From: Candidatus Lustribacter sp.
GTDB lineage: Bacteria; Vulcanimicrobiota; Vulcanimicrobiia; Vulcanimicrobiales; Vulcanimicrobiaceae
Direction: 5' to 3'
Length of the DNA stretch: 64,000 nucleotides
NCBI GenBank assembly: GCA_965277805.1
Contig: OZ255842.1
Coordinates: 2,432,001-2,496,000 of the forward strand
Positions 29,233-40,107 of this stretch are shown in pieces; the stretch's first letter is position 1, and every line of letters starts with the position of its first letter. The notes below the pieces were generated by a model that was not told the DNA's origin, ran no database searches, and saw nothing but the letters and a program-made list of their open reading frames with translations. The position numbers were made by a program, and so were the translations under genes.

Positions 29233-30285
29233 CTACGACACGGGTCCACTCGGCGGTTGCGGCGTGGGCGTCGGTGAGGGCTTGGGCGTTGGAACCGGTG
29301 TCGGTTTCGGCGTAGGCGCGAGCGTCGGGACCGGGGTCGGCGCGGGCGCCGATGTCGGTGCGATCGACGGCGCAGCGGTAGGTGCCGGCGTTTTGCCGCC
29401 GCCGCCGGTCGGCGTCGGTACGGGCGTCGGGGCCGCGCTCGGCGCGCTTGTCGGTACGGTCGAAGGCGACGGCGTCGGTGCTTTGCCGGTTGCGATGGCA
29501 GACGGCGTCGGTGCGGGCGTCGGAACGAACGGCGGTTGCGAGGGCACGGGCACGGGCGCGCCGGCGCCGCTATTGCAATTTGCGGTGAACGACAGCGGCG
29601 AGCGATCGAGGGCGGCGAGCGGTTGGGTCGCGCCCGCAGCCGAGCCGTCCGTCGCCGGTTCGAGCGATGCGGTAACGACGGCACTGAGCTGCGGCGAACA
29701 ATGCAAGAGCGATGAAAGGTCGGGCGAGCGGTAAAACGGCATCGATCGGCTGAGCGTGTGGGTGCCTAACGCGGCCGCGCCGGGCAGCACGCCCGAGAAG
29801 TTGGCGCTGACTTCGGCCGTTACGACCGGGGCTTGCGTCAACAAAAGATATTCGCGCGTGTAACCGTTTGTGAGATCGACGCGCACGGGTGTCGTGCATG
29901 CAACCGTCACGCTCGTTGGTAAGAAAAACGCGCCGAATTCCGCCGGTGTCGACGCGGTACCCGGCACCGTAGCGATCGAGCCCCCTTTGAGGAAGCCGTT
30001 GTTCGGAATTGCGCACGGCTGCGTCGGTACGTTGCTCATACCGTTGAGATTATTATAAAGCGTGTACAGACTATAATCGAGATACGGGTTCTGCTGCTGT
30101 TGCAGAACGCCCGCGTATCGCACGACCTCCTCGCTGCGCTCGGTGACGACGCCCACGCGGATCCCCCACACGACCGCGTACAGCGCGCCGAGGAGCACGG
30201 GCAGGACGAGAGCGGTTTCCAGCAAGGCCGCGCCGCGTTGGCGGTGGTATCGCGATTTCACGTTAGCTGCATCCCAATTCGGCAT
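29233..30285 (-). CDS. TadE-like pseudopilin with Pro/Thr-rich C-terminal tail
   Basis: QRGAALLETALVLPVL prepilin motif; PTP repeats. Confidence 0.8.
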   Translation of the reverse strand: MPNWDAANVKSRYHRQRGAALLETALVLPVLLGALYAVVWGIRVGVVTERSEEVVRYAGVLQQQQNPYLDYSLYTLYNNLNGMSNVPTQPCAIPNNGFLKGGSIATVPGTASTPAEFGAFFLPTSVTVACTTPVRVDLTNGYTREYLLLTQAPVVTAEVSANFSGVLPGAAALGTHTLSRSMPFYRSPDLSSLLHCSPQLSAVVTASLEPATDGSAAGATQPLAALDRSPLSFTANCNSGAGAPVPVPSQPPFVPTPAPTPSAIATGKAPTPSPSTVPTSAPSAAPTPVPTPTGGGGKTPAPTAAPSIAPTSAPAPTPVPTLAPTPKPTPVPTPKPSPTPTPQPPSGPVS

Positions 30286-31315
30286 CGCTCTGCGGCCCGG
30301 TCCAGGGGTGAATCGGGACGGAATTCCACCAGCCTAATTGCGCGCTGAACTCGTCGGTGAACAAGCCGGCGCGATAGAAATTCAACGTGGCATTCGCCGC
30401 GGTTGCGTTACCGCCGAAGCTGAGGTTGTACCAGTCGTAATTGTCGGGATGCACCACGCCGTTGACGTTGGTCTCCGGCGGCTGGAACGGCAAACCGTTG
30501 CTGAACGGGTTGACGATCACGCCGGGCTGCAGCCAATCTTCTTCCATCATGACCGCGGTCGCGGCACCGCGCCCGATCGCATGATACGGCTTGGGCTGAT
30601 AACCGAAAAATCCCGGAATGACGGGCGCAACCGTGGTGCACACATCGACTTCAACCTTGAGCGGTGCGAAAAGCGACGGATTCACGCCCGATGGACCCGT
30701 GAGGCGCCCGAGCGAGGGCTTGAGGATGCCGAGGGCGTCCATCTCAACGGCTTGCGTATCGTCGCGCGTGCCGACGGTCACCTTATAGTGAAAGTTGCAA
30801 TCGCCGCCGGCAGCTCCGTTGCAATCGCTGCCGATCTGTCCGATCAGGGCCTGCGAGTCGGCGCTCAGGTTCGTGTAGTTGAGTGATGCGGTGATCCGGT
30901 TGAGCGTTGTGACGTCTTGCGTATAGCGAGCGACGGACTTGAAATAGTCATCGCGCAAGCCTGCATACACGGCGTCGCAGGCCGGAACATCCGTACCGGG
31001 TGCGGGTGCCGGATTGGGGGCGCAGCCGCCGGCGTTGTATTCGGCCAGCACGATGCCTTGCAGCAAGCGCCGCAGACGGTACTCCTCGACCGCCGACGCG
31101 TAGAGCACGGCGGTCATCTGGTTGAAATCTTCGGTCTGCAGTGAAAGCACGGCTTGAGCGGCCGAATCGGCTGCGTTTTGCGCCCGCAGCTGCCACCGGA
31201 TTCCGTTGCCGAAATCGAGGGCGAAATAGGCAAAGATCAGCATAACGATGATGCCGAACACCGATAGCGGTAACGCTTGGCCGCGCTGCGCGTGCTGGTT
31301 GTCACGGTCCGACAT
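30263..31315 (-). CDS. TadG-like pilus protein
   Basis: QRGQALPL..ALDFG...LRAQNAADSAA. Confidence 0.8.
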   Translation of the reverse strand: MSDRDNQHAQRGQALPLSVFGIIVMLIFAYFALDFGNGIRWQLRAQNAADSAAQAVLSLQTEDFNQMTAVLYASAVEEYRLRRLLQGIVLAEYNAGGCAPNPAPAPGTDVPACDAVYAGLRDDYFKSVARYTQDVTTLNRITASLNYTNLSADSQALIGQIGSDCNGAAGGDCNFHYKVTVGTRDDTQAVEMDALGILKPSLGRLTGPSGVNPSLFAPLKVEVDVCTTVAPVIPGFFGYQPKPYHAIGRGAATAVMMEEDWLQPGVIVNPFSNGLPFQPPETNVNGVVHPDNYDWYNLSFGGNATAANATLNFYRAGLFTDEFSAQLGWWNSVPIHPWTGPQSDAELGCS

Positions 31316-32243
31316 TGCAACTCGTATCCGGGTGCAGAGGGTATTGCCCGATCGCGGTATAGTTGTTGGGATAGCCGCCGGCTTGCCGCGAATCCCAGGT
31401 GTTGTAGATGCAGTCGAGTACGCCCTGATTCCATCGTAACGCGCCGGCCGCGTACAACGCCTGGGCAGTCGGCGCCGCCGCTAAGGCCAGCGAAATCTCG
31501 GCGTACGTGTTCTGATGCCCGAGCGCCGCCGTAAAGACGCCGTTGGAGACCGCTCCGTTGAATGCACGGCCCCAGTTGTCGACGTCGAGATACTCGGCGA
31601 GTCCGAGTGCGTCGTAGTCTTGTTCGTTCGTTGGGCACGCCGACCAGGAGGACGTATCCTCGCAGAACGTCAGGTAATGGAAGCCGACGAAATACGGCGG
31701 GGTATTCTCGCCTTGACTAAAGTAGTCGGCCCGCTCGTTGAAGGCGTTGAGCGAGTTGAAGGCATTGCCTTGAATGTCGCCGTGTGCACCGATCTCCTGA
31801 TAGGCGGGATCGATCGTGCTGCCGCTCAAGCTGAAGAGCGAGCCGGTGGCTCCGAGGACGATGCCGGGTATGTTGTTGCGCACAACCGTGCTGACGATCT
31901 GCACGGGCAACAGCATCGAAACGCCGCCGTGCCGGCCTTGCGTATTGGTGAGGTCGTAGTTCACGACTTCGCTCGTCGCCAGGGGCTTGCCGTTGGCCAA
32001 TGCCACGTCGGACGACGAAACGCCCGGATACATCGAAGCGGCCTTCCCGGCCGGATCGGCCGCGCTCGGCGTCGGTTGGGTCATGTTGAGTGCTTGGGCG
32101 TGCGAACTCGCGAAGGCGGCGCCGTCGGCGCGCAATTGCTGAATGCCGATCAAACCCAGTTCCATCGTGCCGTAGAGCACGCCCAAGATGATGGCGATGG
32201 TGAGCGCCGTCTCGACCAGTACCGCACCGCGTTGCCCGTTCAC
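31302..32243 (-). CDS. TadE/TadF-like pseudopilin
   Basis: QRGAVLVETALTI..GTMELG. Confidence 0.8.
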   Translation of the reverse strand: MNGQRGAVLVETALTIAIILGVLYGTMELGLIGIQQLRADGAAFASSHAQALNMTQPTPSAADPAGKAASMYPGVSSSDVALANGKPLATSEVVNYDLTNTQGRHGGVSMLLPVQIVSTVVRNNIPGIVLGATGSLFSLSGSTIDPAYQEIGAHGDIQGNAFNSLNAFNERADYFSQGENTPPYFVGFHYLTFCEDTSSWSACPTNEQDYDALGLAEYLDVDNWGRAFNGAVSNGVFTAALGHQNTYAEISLALAAAPTAQALYAAGALRWNQGVLDCIYNTWDSRQAGGYPNNYTAIGQYPLHPDTSCNVGP

Positions 32244-32425
32244 TGGCCGCTATGCGCCGCCGACGCCCAATTCGCGGCTTCGTTCGCGTAGAGCGAATTG
32301 AGCGAAAGACCCGTGGCTTGGAGTGCGACCAGCGCGGCGATCGAGATGCCGGCTGTAATGATCGCATACTCGGTCATGGCGGCACCTTCGTCGTCGACGA
32401 AGAGGCGCACGAGCGCGTAAATCAA
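32240..32425 (-). CDS. Flp-family type IVb pilin
   Basis: DDEGAAMTEYAII motif. Confidence 0.82.
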   Translation of the reverse strand: MIYALVRLFVDDEGAAMTEYAIITAGISIAALVALQATGLSLNSLYANEAANWASAAHSGQ

Positions 32426-33849
32426 CGAACGATGGCTTCGGGCGTAAGGATGAAGACGATATCGCTCTGGGAGTGCTGGTAGTTTTTCGAGCGAAAAAGC
32501 TTGCCGAGGATCGGCAGGTCGCCGAGAATCGGGATCTTGGTCAATGTTTGCTGGTCGACGTGACGGATCAAACCGCCCATGATGATGCTTTCGCCGCTCT
32601 GCGTGATGACGTCGGTCGACAGCTTGCTGGTCTTGAATGCCGGAACGGTGTAGCCGTTGAGCGCGACGCCGTTGGCTAAATCGAGATCGGAGATCTCGGG
32701 AGCGATCTGGCTCTCGATGCTGCCGTTTCCGAGGATCTTGGGCGTAACGTTGAGCTTGACGCCGTATTCCTTGAAGCTCACCGAGACCTGACCGAGAGCC
32801 GTCGACACGACGTACGGGATTTCGCCGCCGACGAGAAACGTCGCTTGCTGGCCGGGCAGTGTAACCAGATTCGGTTCGGAGAGTATTTTGGCGTGGCCCG
32901 ACTGCTTGATCAAGTCGAGCGTCGGCGCCAGGCGCGTCAGCCGGCCGAAAGGCGAGATGTTGAGGGCGTTCGGCCCGGTGCCTTCGAGGCCGATGAATGA
33001 CGGCGCGCCAATGATGAAGTAGCCGGGATTGGACGGATCGGGATTCGCGCCTTGCAGGCGCAGTCCAAGTTGCGTCAGACCGGTATCATCGACTTCGAGC
33101 ACGTAGACTTTGATGGCGATCTGGGTCGTCGTATCGACGGCCAAGCGGTCGATCACTTTGCCGTCGGCGCTGAGGTACGCGCCGGCGACGCCGCCCGCTT
33201 TGGCAAGTGCCAGCTCGGCTGTCTTGCGGTCGCTAACGTTGCCACTCACGACGACATTACCCTTACCATCTAGGTCGACGTGAACGCCGGCCAGACCCGG
33301 AAGCGCGCCGATCGTCTTCTGAAGAGGGCCGAGCTGCGCCGAGACCGTGACCGCGTTGACGACATCGAACTTCTCATTTTTACTGAGGCTCGCGAAGCGT
33401 GATACCACGTCGTTTACGCGCCCGAAACGCGTGACGTCATCGACCGTGCCGCTCACCACGATCGCGCTCTTGGCCACGAAAACCACCACGTGAGGCTCAT
33501 CGATGGCGTTACGGATGACGCGCGCGTAGTCATCGAGCCGCTGCTCGGTCACGACGATCTCGTAGCTCGTTTCCATCGCTCCGCGCCACACGAGTACGCT
33601 CGTGTGGCCGTTCGCTTTACCGTTTACGAGCAATTCATTGCCGCCGACGGCGACGACGCCGGCGATGCGTGAATCGCCGATGGCCACCCGGGTGATTCCC
33701 GAAACCTCGATGGTCGTCGACTCACCGGTCGGAACGTAGATAACGCTTGGAGGCGCGTTTGACGCGGGCTCCTGCGCTAATCCGGGAACGGCGCAACTGA
33801 ATGCGACAAACGTAAGGGTAGCAATGAAACGGCGTAGTAGGGCTAACAC
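32422..33849 (-). CDS. cpaC: CpaC/RcpA-type secretin
   Basis: LSEPNLVTLPGQQATFLVGGEIP, FKEYGVKL, KIPILGDLPILGKLFRS. Confidence 0.92.
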   Translation of the reverse strand: MLALLRRFIATLTFVAFSCAVPGLAQEPASNAPPSVIYVPTGESTTIEVSGITRVAIGDSRIAGVVAVGGNELLVNGKANGHTSVLVWRGAMETSYEIVVTEQRLDDYARVIRNAIDEPHVVVFVAKSAIVVSGTVDDVTRFGRVNDVVSRFASLSKNEKFDVVNAVTVSAQLGPLQKTIGALPGLAGVHVDLDGKGNVVVSGNVSDRKTAELALAKAGGVAGAYLSADGKVIDRLAVDTTTQIAIKVYVLEVDDTGLTQLGLRLQGANPDPSNPGYFIIGAPSFIGLEGTGPNALNISPFGRLTRLAPTLDLIKQSGHAKILSEPNLVTLPGQQATFLVGGEIPYVVSTALGQVSVSFKEYGVKLNVTPKILGNGSIESQIAPEISDLDLANGVALNGYTVPAFKTSKLSTDVITQSGESIIMGGLIRHVDQQTLTKIPILGDLPILGKLFRSKNYQHSQSDIVFILTPEAIVR

Positions 33850-34001
33850 GCTTCATAGTATATGCATCGCGATTTGATTGTGCGAGTAGTTTCGTATCGG
33901 TAGCGTATACCTGACGCCAAGAATCTGCATGCTACCTTCACAGACGTGATCTCGACGGATAGACTGACTGCAGAACCCAACGCCGTACTGGAGTTACCGC
34001 C

Positions 34002-34694
34002 TTGATCCAACGTCTTCTCGTGTTTACTTTAGCCGCCACGTGCGCACTGACGAGTTCGGTGAGCGCGAGCGACGACCGTGCACTTGCGAGCGTTGCGGCA
34101 GCCGATGGCTTCACCTACGCCTGGTTACCGACCGAATCCGGAGTAATGTTGACGCGCCCCGGCATCCGAGTCGTCCTGCGTCCAGGGCGTCTCTACTATG
34201 AAGTCAACAACGCGACGCCGATCGCCGATCGCGCTCCGACCTTTAACGGTGACGATCTGATGATCTCGCCGGCACTCGCAACCCGCCTTCACGAAATCGC
34301 CGCCGAACGCAATACCCCGATCGTAGCCTCGGTTCCCATCGAACGCGTTCCCGTCATCTCGCGACCGGTTACGATCGCGACCCGCTTAGTTCCGGGCCGC
34401 CTGGCCCTCATCGCCAGCGGTAGCGGCACTCCGAATACATCGATCACCATCACGCTCACCGGCGAAATCAGCTCGGATCTTCCGATCGTCACGATTCGCC
34501 GCAGCACGGTCGCCCTCGATGCGAACGGCACGTATTCCATCGAGATGGGTTACGGACCCGACGCGCATCCCGGCACAAAGATCACCGCGACGGCGGCTTC
34601 GGCCACCGGAACGGGTCGCGCAACGGCGCAGCTTGTCGTCGACGGTTCAACCGGCGTAACGGCAACGAGCCTCGATGCGTGGCCGAAAAACTAA
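34002..34694 (+). CDS. Secreted hypothetical protein in Tad locus (copper-amine-oxidase N-terminal-like segment)
   Basis: Signal peptide; LRPG..YEVN..AP.F.GD.LMIS pattern. Confidence 0.55.
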   Translation: MIQRLLVFTLAATCALTSSVSASDDRALASVAAADGFTYAWLPTESGVMLTRPGIRVVLRPGRLYYEVNNATPIADRAPTFNGDDLMISPALATRLHEIAAERNTPIVASVPIERVPVISRPVTIATRLVPGRLALIASGSGTPNTSITITLTGEISSDLPIVTIRRSTVALDANGTYSIEMGYGPDAHPGTKITATAASATGTGRATAQLVVDGSTGVTATSLDAWPKN

Positions 34695-34722
34695 TCACAC
34701 ACTCTCTCCAAAGGAAATCATC

Positions 34723-34884
34723 ATGCTTAAGAATATCAGCAATGTCCTCACCAACGAAGACGGCGCCACGCTCGTCGAATACGGTCTCGTCGTCGCCCTC
34801 ATCGCCGCAGTCGCGGTCGTTGCCGTCACGCAACTCGGCGCCAAAGTCAACACCACGTTCACGAACATCACCAAACTACTCTAA
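34723..34884 (+). CDS. flp: Flp major pilin
   Basis: NEDGATLVEYGLVVALIAAV; SD AAGGA. Confidence 0.92.
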   Translation: MLKNISNVLTNEDGATLVEYGLVVALIAAVAVVAVTQLGAKVNTTFTNITKLL

Positions 34885-34900
34885 ACGAAGGAAACAAATA

Positions 34901-34942
34901 CGAGCCGTCCGTTCGAAGAACGAACGTCCGGCTCGTCTTTCT
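34901..34942 (+). terminator. Stem-loop downstream of flp
   Basis: CGAGCCG..CGTTCG-AAGAA-CGAACG..CGGCTCG followed by TCTTTCT. Confidence 0.5.
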
Positions 34943-34945
34943 TAC

Positions 34946-35458
34946 ATGAACGTCGCACTCTCGCTCTTCGTTACCGCCTGTGTCATCGCGTGCGTGACCG
35001 ATAGCCGCGCGCGCCGCATACCAAACGCTCTGACCTACAGCGCGATCGTTTTAGCACTCTTTTTCGCCGCGTTCCATGGGCCGTTGTTCTTTGCCGAAGC
35101 CCTCGGCGCCGTCTTGCTCACGCTGCTCATCGGCAGCATCCTTTTGGGCTTGGGCTGGCTCGGCGGCGGCGATATCAAGCTGCTGGCGGCCGGCGCGGCC
35201 ACGATCGGCTTCCCGTCATTCATCGTGGTGCTCGGCTACATCGCTATTGCCGGCGGCCTCTTCGCGGCAATTACCGCCGCACGCGACGGGCGCCTGCGCA
35301 CGGTCGTCACGCACCTCGCCTATAGCTTCGCCGGAAAAACCAAAATCGTCGCCGACCCGCTCGCCCGCCGCGTGCCGTACGCGTTCGCGATCTGTGCCGG
35401 TACCTGTTACTACGCCGCCTCCGAAAGTATCGCACCATGGTTGCAGTTCGTTCGCTGA
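34946..35458 (+). CDS. cpaA: Prepilin peptidase CpaA/TadV (A24)
   Basis: TD.RARRIPN, GGGDIKL, VPYAFAI. Confidence 0.88.
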   Translation: MNVALSLFVTACVIACVTDSRARRIPNALTYSAIVLALFFAAFHGPLFFAEALGAVLLTLLIGSILLGLGWLGGGDIKLLAAGAATIGFPSFIVVLGYIAIAGGLFAAITAARDGRLRTVVTHLAYSFAGKTKIVADPLARRVPYAFAICAGTCYYAASESIAPWLQFVR

Positions 35459-36303
35459 ACAAGCGCTCGACAACGATCCTCATCGCCGTCGTCCTCGCGC
35501 TCGGCACGGGATTGCTGCTGTTCAATTATCTCAACACCGTCTCGCATACGGCCCAAGCCGCTCCGATGCGCACCGTCGTCGTCGCAACGCACGAAATCCA
35601 GCCGCGCACGATCATCACGCCGGAAATGGTCACGCTCGCCGATCGCTCGCAAGACGCCGTCGATCCCGACGTGAGCACGAGCCTCGGCGCAGTTGTCGGC
35701 CAGATGGCCTTTATCGATATCCCAGCCGGATCGTCGCTCTCCACCGCCAAGATCGGACACCTCGCTGCGGGCGGCTTGACGATGCGCGTTCCGGTCGGCC
35801 AACGCGCGATGAGCATCGCGCTCGATCCGGTCAAGGGCGTCGCCGATCTGCTCCAGGCCGGCGACCACGTTGACGTCATTGCCGTCACGCAACCCCGTGG
35901 TTCGGGCGAAGTGCCCCGCGTGGCCACGATCCTGCGTGACAAAGTCGTCCTCGCGATGGGCTCGACGATGCAGGCTCCCGCAGCCGGTGTCGTTGCCGCG
36001 GCCGCTTCGAATGCCACCTCCGCCGGCGAGACGGCCGTGCAAACGGCGACACTTGCGGTGCTCCCCCACGAAGCAGCCATTCTTGCGCTGGCCGATCTCA
36101 ACGCAACGCTGCGTTTGACGCTGCGTTCGCCGCGCGAATCTAACCATACCGAAACGCCCGACGCATTCGTCCTCGACGCTCCCGCCGTGGCGCGCGTCGC
36201 CGCCGCGCCGGCCCCCGCCGCCGCGCCGGCGGCACCGGCGGCAGCCGCGCCGCGCAAAGCACCGCGCGGCATTCCGTTCATCGACGGCGACCAAGTCCGA
36301 TGA
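35437..36303 (+). CDS. cpaB: Flp pilus assembly protein CpaB/RcpC
   Basis: SAF domain; GQRAMSI..D..GVA..LQAGDHVDVI; LRLTLRS. Confidence 0.92.
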   Translation: MVAVRSLNKRSTTILIAVVLALGTGLLLFNYLNTVSHTAQAAPMRTVVVATHEIQPRTIITPEMVTLADRSQDAVDPDVSTSLGAVVGQMAFIDIPAGSSLSTAKIGHLAAGGLTMRVPVGQRAMSIALDPVKGVADLLQAGDHVDVIAVTQPRGSGEVPRVATILRDKVVLAMGSTMQAPAAGVVAAAASNATSAGETAVQTATLAVLPHEAAILALADLNATLRLTLRSPRESNHTETPDAFVLDAPAVARVAAAPAPAAAPAAPAAAAPRKAPRGIPFIDGDQVR

Positions 36304-38402
36304 ACGCACCGGTTTCCGTCATCATCCCGACCAAGGGCGGCGTCGGCTCGACGACGATCTGCGTCGATACGATGACGGCCATTGCGAAGTCGCACAACGT
36401 CGGTCTCGTCGACGGCGACTACGCCGCCCGGCGCAGCGTGGCCGTGCTCACCGATATGGTCCGGGCAATCGACGCCAACCGCACGAGCACCCACATCTCA
36501 TCGGCGACCAAAAACCGCATGACGGTAGTCGAGATGGCATCGTCCCTCGACGGCGCATTCACGCTGGCTCCGGCCGATGTCGAGCACATTGCCTCATCGC
36601 TCGAAGAGGCGTGCGACGCTATCCTCGTCGATGCGCCGCAGCCCTACGCCAACACCATCCGGCCCTTCATCCGGCGCGCCGGCCGCTTCATCTTGGTCGT
36701 CGAACCCACCGTGCTGGGTCTGACGACCGCCCGGCTCGGCCAAATCCAGCTCGAGCGTTTTGGCGTCACCCGCGCCCACCAGCTCATCGTCGTCAGCGGC
36801 CGCGTCCCGAAATCGGAGGTGTCGCGGAGCGACATCGAAGCCACGCTCGGCACCCGGGCCATTATCGAGATCGCAAACCGTAACGATCGCAAGTACGAGA
36901 AATCGATCGAAGCCTTCGCGGCGATCCTGCTCAAACCGTCCGAACTCGGCGTTCCCGAAAGCCTGAAGCCCTCGTCATCCGCCCCCATCGGCGACCGCCG
37001 AGGCGCACGCCGCCGGCCCGAAGGCACGTCGGCCGCCGACCGCGTCGCGACCTCGGACGCCGCCCCGCGCAAGGTGACACCTATTGCCGCCGCGCCGACG
37101 CGCCAGAAGAGCGCACGCGAGCAGTTGAAGTTTGATATCAGCGCAGAGATCGCGAAACGGATGGATTTCAGCGATACGACGCGCGGCGTCGATGACGCCG
37201 GCAAACTCTCCGAACTCCGCATCCAAGTCCGCGAGCTGGTAGGTGAACTCTTGCGCGATCATGCCGATGTCGGCAGCGCCGAAGACGTCGCCGCGCTACA
37301 GATCGAAATCATCGACGAAGCCCTCGGCCTCGGTCCGCTCGAGAGCTTGCTGCGCGACCATACGGTTACCGAAATCATGGTCAACGGGCCCGATCACATC
37401 TTTGTCGAGCGCCTGGGCAAGATCGAAACTACCAGCAAGCGCTTCAACGATAAGAAGCATCTCCGCACGATCATCGAGCGGATTATCGCGCCGATCGGCC
37501 GCCGAATCGACGAAGCGTCGCCCATGGTCGATGCGCGCCTCGCCGACGGTTCGCGCGTCAACGCGGTCGTCGAGCCGCTGGCGCTCGACGGTGCAACGCT
37601 CACGATTCGCCGCTTCCCCGAACGGCGCATGGAAGCGAGCGATCTGATCGGCATCGGCGCGATCACCCCGGAACTCGTGGACTTTCTGCGCGCCGCAGTC
37701 GAAGCCCGGTTGAACATTGTCGTTGCCGGCGGCACCGGTTCGGGTAAGACGACCTTCTTGAACGTCCTCTCGAGCTTTTTGCCTACCACCGAACGAATCA
37801 TCACGATCGAAGACGCGGCCGAGCTTTCGCTCGCGCAAGAACACGTCGTACGGCTCGAATCCCGGCCGGCCAACATTCAAGGCGCGGGCGAAGTGCGGAT
37901 TCGCGATCTCATGCGCAACGCTCTGCGCATGCGGCCCGACCGGATCATCGTCGGCGAATGCCGCGGCGGGGAAGCACTCGACATGCTTCAAGCCATGAAC
38001 ACCGGCCACGACGGCTCGCTTACCACGATCCACGCCAACAGTTGCCGCGATGCGCTATCGCGCATCGAAACGATGGTCCTGATGGCCGGCTTCGAGTTGC
38101 CGATGCGCGCGATCCGCGAACAAATCGTCAGCGCAGTCGACATGGTGCTGCACCTCTCCCGCATGCGCGACGGTTCGCGCAAATTGAGCAGCGTTTCGGA
38201 AGTCGTCGGCCTCGAGGGCGACATCGTCACGATGCAAGAAATCGCTCGCTTCGACCAACGCGGCGTGGATAAGGACAACAAGGTCTTGGGTTCGTTCGTC
38301 TTCAGCGGCGTCCAGCCGGTTTGCCTCGACAAATTCGCGGAGTATGGCGTAAGCTACGACGTCCGCGGGCTTTCCAAGATGCCGATTGCCGCATCATGGT
38401 AG
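36300..38402 (+). CDS. cpaF: CpaE/TadZ-like domain fused to CpaF/TadA ATPase
   Basis: N-terminal KGGVGSTT; C-terminal [38 protein letters not shown]. Confidence 0.92.
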   Translation: MNAPVSVIIPTKGGVGSTTICVDTMTAIAKSHNVGLVDGDYAARRSVAVLTDMVRAIDANRTSTHISSATKNRMTVVEMASSLDGAFTLAPADVEHIASSLEEACDAILVDAPQPYANTIRPFIRRAGRFILVVEPTVLGLTTARLGQIQLERFGVTRAHQLIVVSGRVPKSEVSRSDIEATLGTRAIIEIANRNDRKYEKSIEAFAAILLKPSELGVPESLKPSSSAPIGDRRGARRRPEGTSAADRVATSDAAPRKVTPIAAAPTRQKSAREQLKFDISAEIAKRMDFSDTTRGVDDAGKLSELRIQVRELVGELLRDHADVGSAEDVAALQIEIIDEALGLGPLESLLRDHTVTEIMVNGPDHIFVERLGKIETTSKRFNDKKHLRTIIERIIAPIGRRIDEASPMVDARLADGSRVNAVVEPLALDGATLTIRRFPERRMEASDLIGIGAITPELVDFLRAAVEARLNIVVAGGTGSGKTTFLNVLSSFLPTTERIITIEDAAELSLAQEHVVRLESRPANIQGAGEVRIRDLMRNALRMRPDRIIVGECRGGEALDMLQAMNTGHDGSLTTIHANSCRDALSRIETMVLMAGFELPMRAIREQIVSAVDMVLHLSRMRDGSRKLSSVSEVVGLEGDIVTMQEIARFDQRGVDKDNKVLGSFVFSGVQPVCLDKFAEYGVSYDVRGLSKMPIAASW

Positions 38403-39256
38403 TCGTTGCACCGTTTGCCATCATCATCGGGGCGATGGCGGCCGTCGGCCTTCTCTTCTATAGTTTCTGGGATCGCATCACGGCACCGTTATCGCGCATC
38501 TCGAAGATGTATGAAGACGACCTCGAACGCGCGGCTATCAAGATACACAGCGAGCAGATCGTGGTCGGCATCGCCGGCGTCAGCATCTCGGCCTGGCTGC
38601 TCGTCGTCGCCCTCGGCCGCCCGGGCTTTCTCGTCGCCGCTATTCTGCTGCCGCTGATGGTCGGTGCTGCGATCCTCGTCTTCCGCAGCTTCGTCCGCGG
38701 CCGGGCTGCGAAGCGCGCCAAGGCGTTCAACGAACAACTCGAAATGGTGCTGCGCATGATGAGCAGCGGACTGCGCGTCGGCCTCGGTTTGCGCCAGGCA
38801 CTCGTGCTCGTCACCGAAGACGTCGCCGATCCGGCGCGCGTCGAATTCGCCCGAGCCGTCGGCGAGACCAACATCGGCATGACGCTCAACGACGCTCTCG
38901 AAGGACTCGGCCGCCGCATGCCCTCGGACGAGCTGAGCATGATGATCGATGCGATCCGCGTGCAGTCGCAAACCGGCGGCAATCTCGCGAAAATTCTCGA
39001 CCATCTCGCTTCCACGATTAAGTCGCGCCGCGAGATCCGCCGCAAGGTCAGTGCCCTTACGGGCGAAGCGCGGGCGGGCGCCTGGGTGATCGGCATTCTG
39101 CCGATCTTCGTCGGGTCGTTCGTCATGCTCACCCAGTCGGTAATGCGTAACGCCATGCTCGGAACGACAATTGGCCATATTGGCTTTGGTCTGTTCGTCC
39201 TGCTCGAAGGCCTCGGTGTGCTGACGCTGCGCCAGATGCTCCAGTTCGAAATCTGA
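38396..39256 (+). CDS. tadB: TadB (T2SS F family)
   Basis: LRVGLGLRQAL, QTGGNLA.ILD, ALTGEAR. Confidence 0.9.
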   Translation: MVVVAPFAIIIGAMAAVGLLFYSFWDRITAPLSRISKMYEDDLERAAIKIHSEQIVVGIAGVSISAWLLVVALGRPGFLVAAILLPLMVGAAILVFRSFVRGRAAKRAKAFNEQLEMVLRMMSSGLRVGLGLRQALVLVTEDVADPARVEFARAVGETNIGMTLNDALEGLGRRMPSDELSMMIDAIRVQSQTGGNLAKILDHLASTIKSRREIRRKVSALTGEARAGAWVIGILPIFVGSFVMLTQSVMRNAMLGTTIGHIGFGLFVLLEGLGVLTLRQMLQFEI

Positions 39257-40107
39257 TGCTGATTCTACTAATTTGTCTTGGCTTCGCGGGGACCGTGTTC
39301 GCGCTGGCTTCGGTTGTACTCGGAAGCCGCAGCGACGTATCGCGCCGTGTCGCGGAACTCGAAGACACCGCGACGATACATACGCACCACCGCACCACCC
39401 CGATCGTGAAGCACCTCCTTTCCGGAGTCGATAAAACCGCGATCGCCGCGAAGCTTGCTGAAGCTGGCTGGTACAAGACGACCGTCACGCACTTCGTGCT
39501 CTCACGCGTCGTCTGCTTCGGAGTCATGGCCGGCCTCGGCGTCTTCTTCCTGATCGCAACGCAGCAACTGACCCTCGTCTTCATCGTGCTGGTCGTCGTC
39601 GCAGCTGTATTCGGCCTGACCATGCCGTCGTTCGCGCTCGATAGCGCGATCAAGAAGCGCAAGAATGCACTCGGGCGCCGCATTCCCGATTTCCTCGACA
39701 TGGTCTCGACCACCGTCGAAGCCGGGGTTGCGCTCAACTCTGCACTCGGCATTGCCACGGCATCGATCAAAGGGCCGCTCGCTCAGGAGATGGAGATGGT
39801 GCTCTCCGACATCCGCCTGGGCCGCAATCGCGCCGATGCGTTCAACGCCATGGCGCAACGGGTGCATCAAGTCGATCTATCGTCGCTCGTGATGGCAATC
39901 GTCCAAACCGAACGCTTGGGCGGCAACATCGGGCACGTGCTTGACGAGCTGGCCGATGAAGCGCGCTCGCGCAGGCTGCAGCGGGCCGAAGGCATCGCCG
40001 CTTCGCTGCCGGTCAAGATGGTGCTGCCGATGGCCTTCTTCATGCTGCCGGCACTGTTCGTCATGATTTTCGCGCCTGTCGTCGCAGAGTTGATCGGGAA
40101 GCCATGA
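39256..40107 (+). CDS. tadC: TadC (T2SS F family)
   Basis: IPDFLDM....EAG, QTERLG, PVKMVLPM..F.LPAL. Confidence 0.9.
   Translation: MLILLICLGFAGTVFALASVVLGSRSDVSRRVAELEDTATIHTHHRTTPIVKHLLSGVDKTAIAAKLAEAGWYKTTVTHFVLSRVVCFGVMAGLGVFFLIATQQLTLVFIVLVVVAAVFGLTMPSFALDSAIKKRKNALGRRIPDFLDMVSTTVEAGVALNSALGIATASIKGPLAQEMEMVLSDIRLGRNRADAFNAMAQRVHQVDLSSLVMAIVQTERLGGNIGHVLDELADEARSRRLQRAEGIAASLPVKMVLPMAFFMLPALFVMIFAPVVAELIGKP

Noticed and set aside
29262-29560. Tandem DNA repeat element
   Set aside because: Explained by the Pro/Thr-rich coding tail of the TadE-like protein
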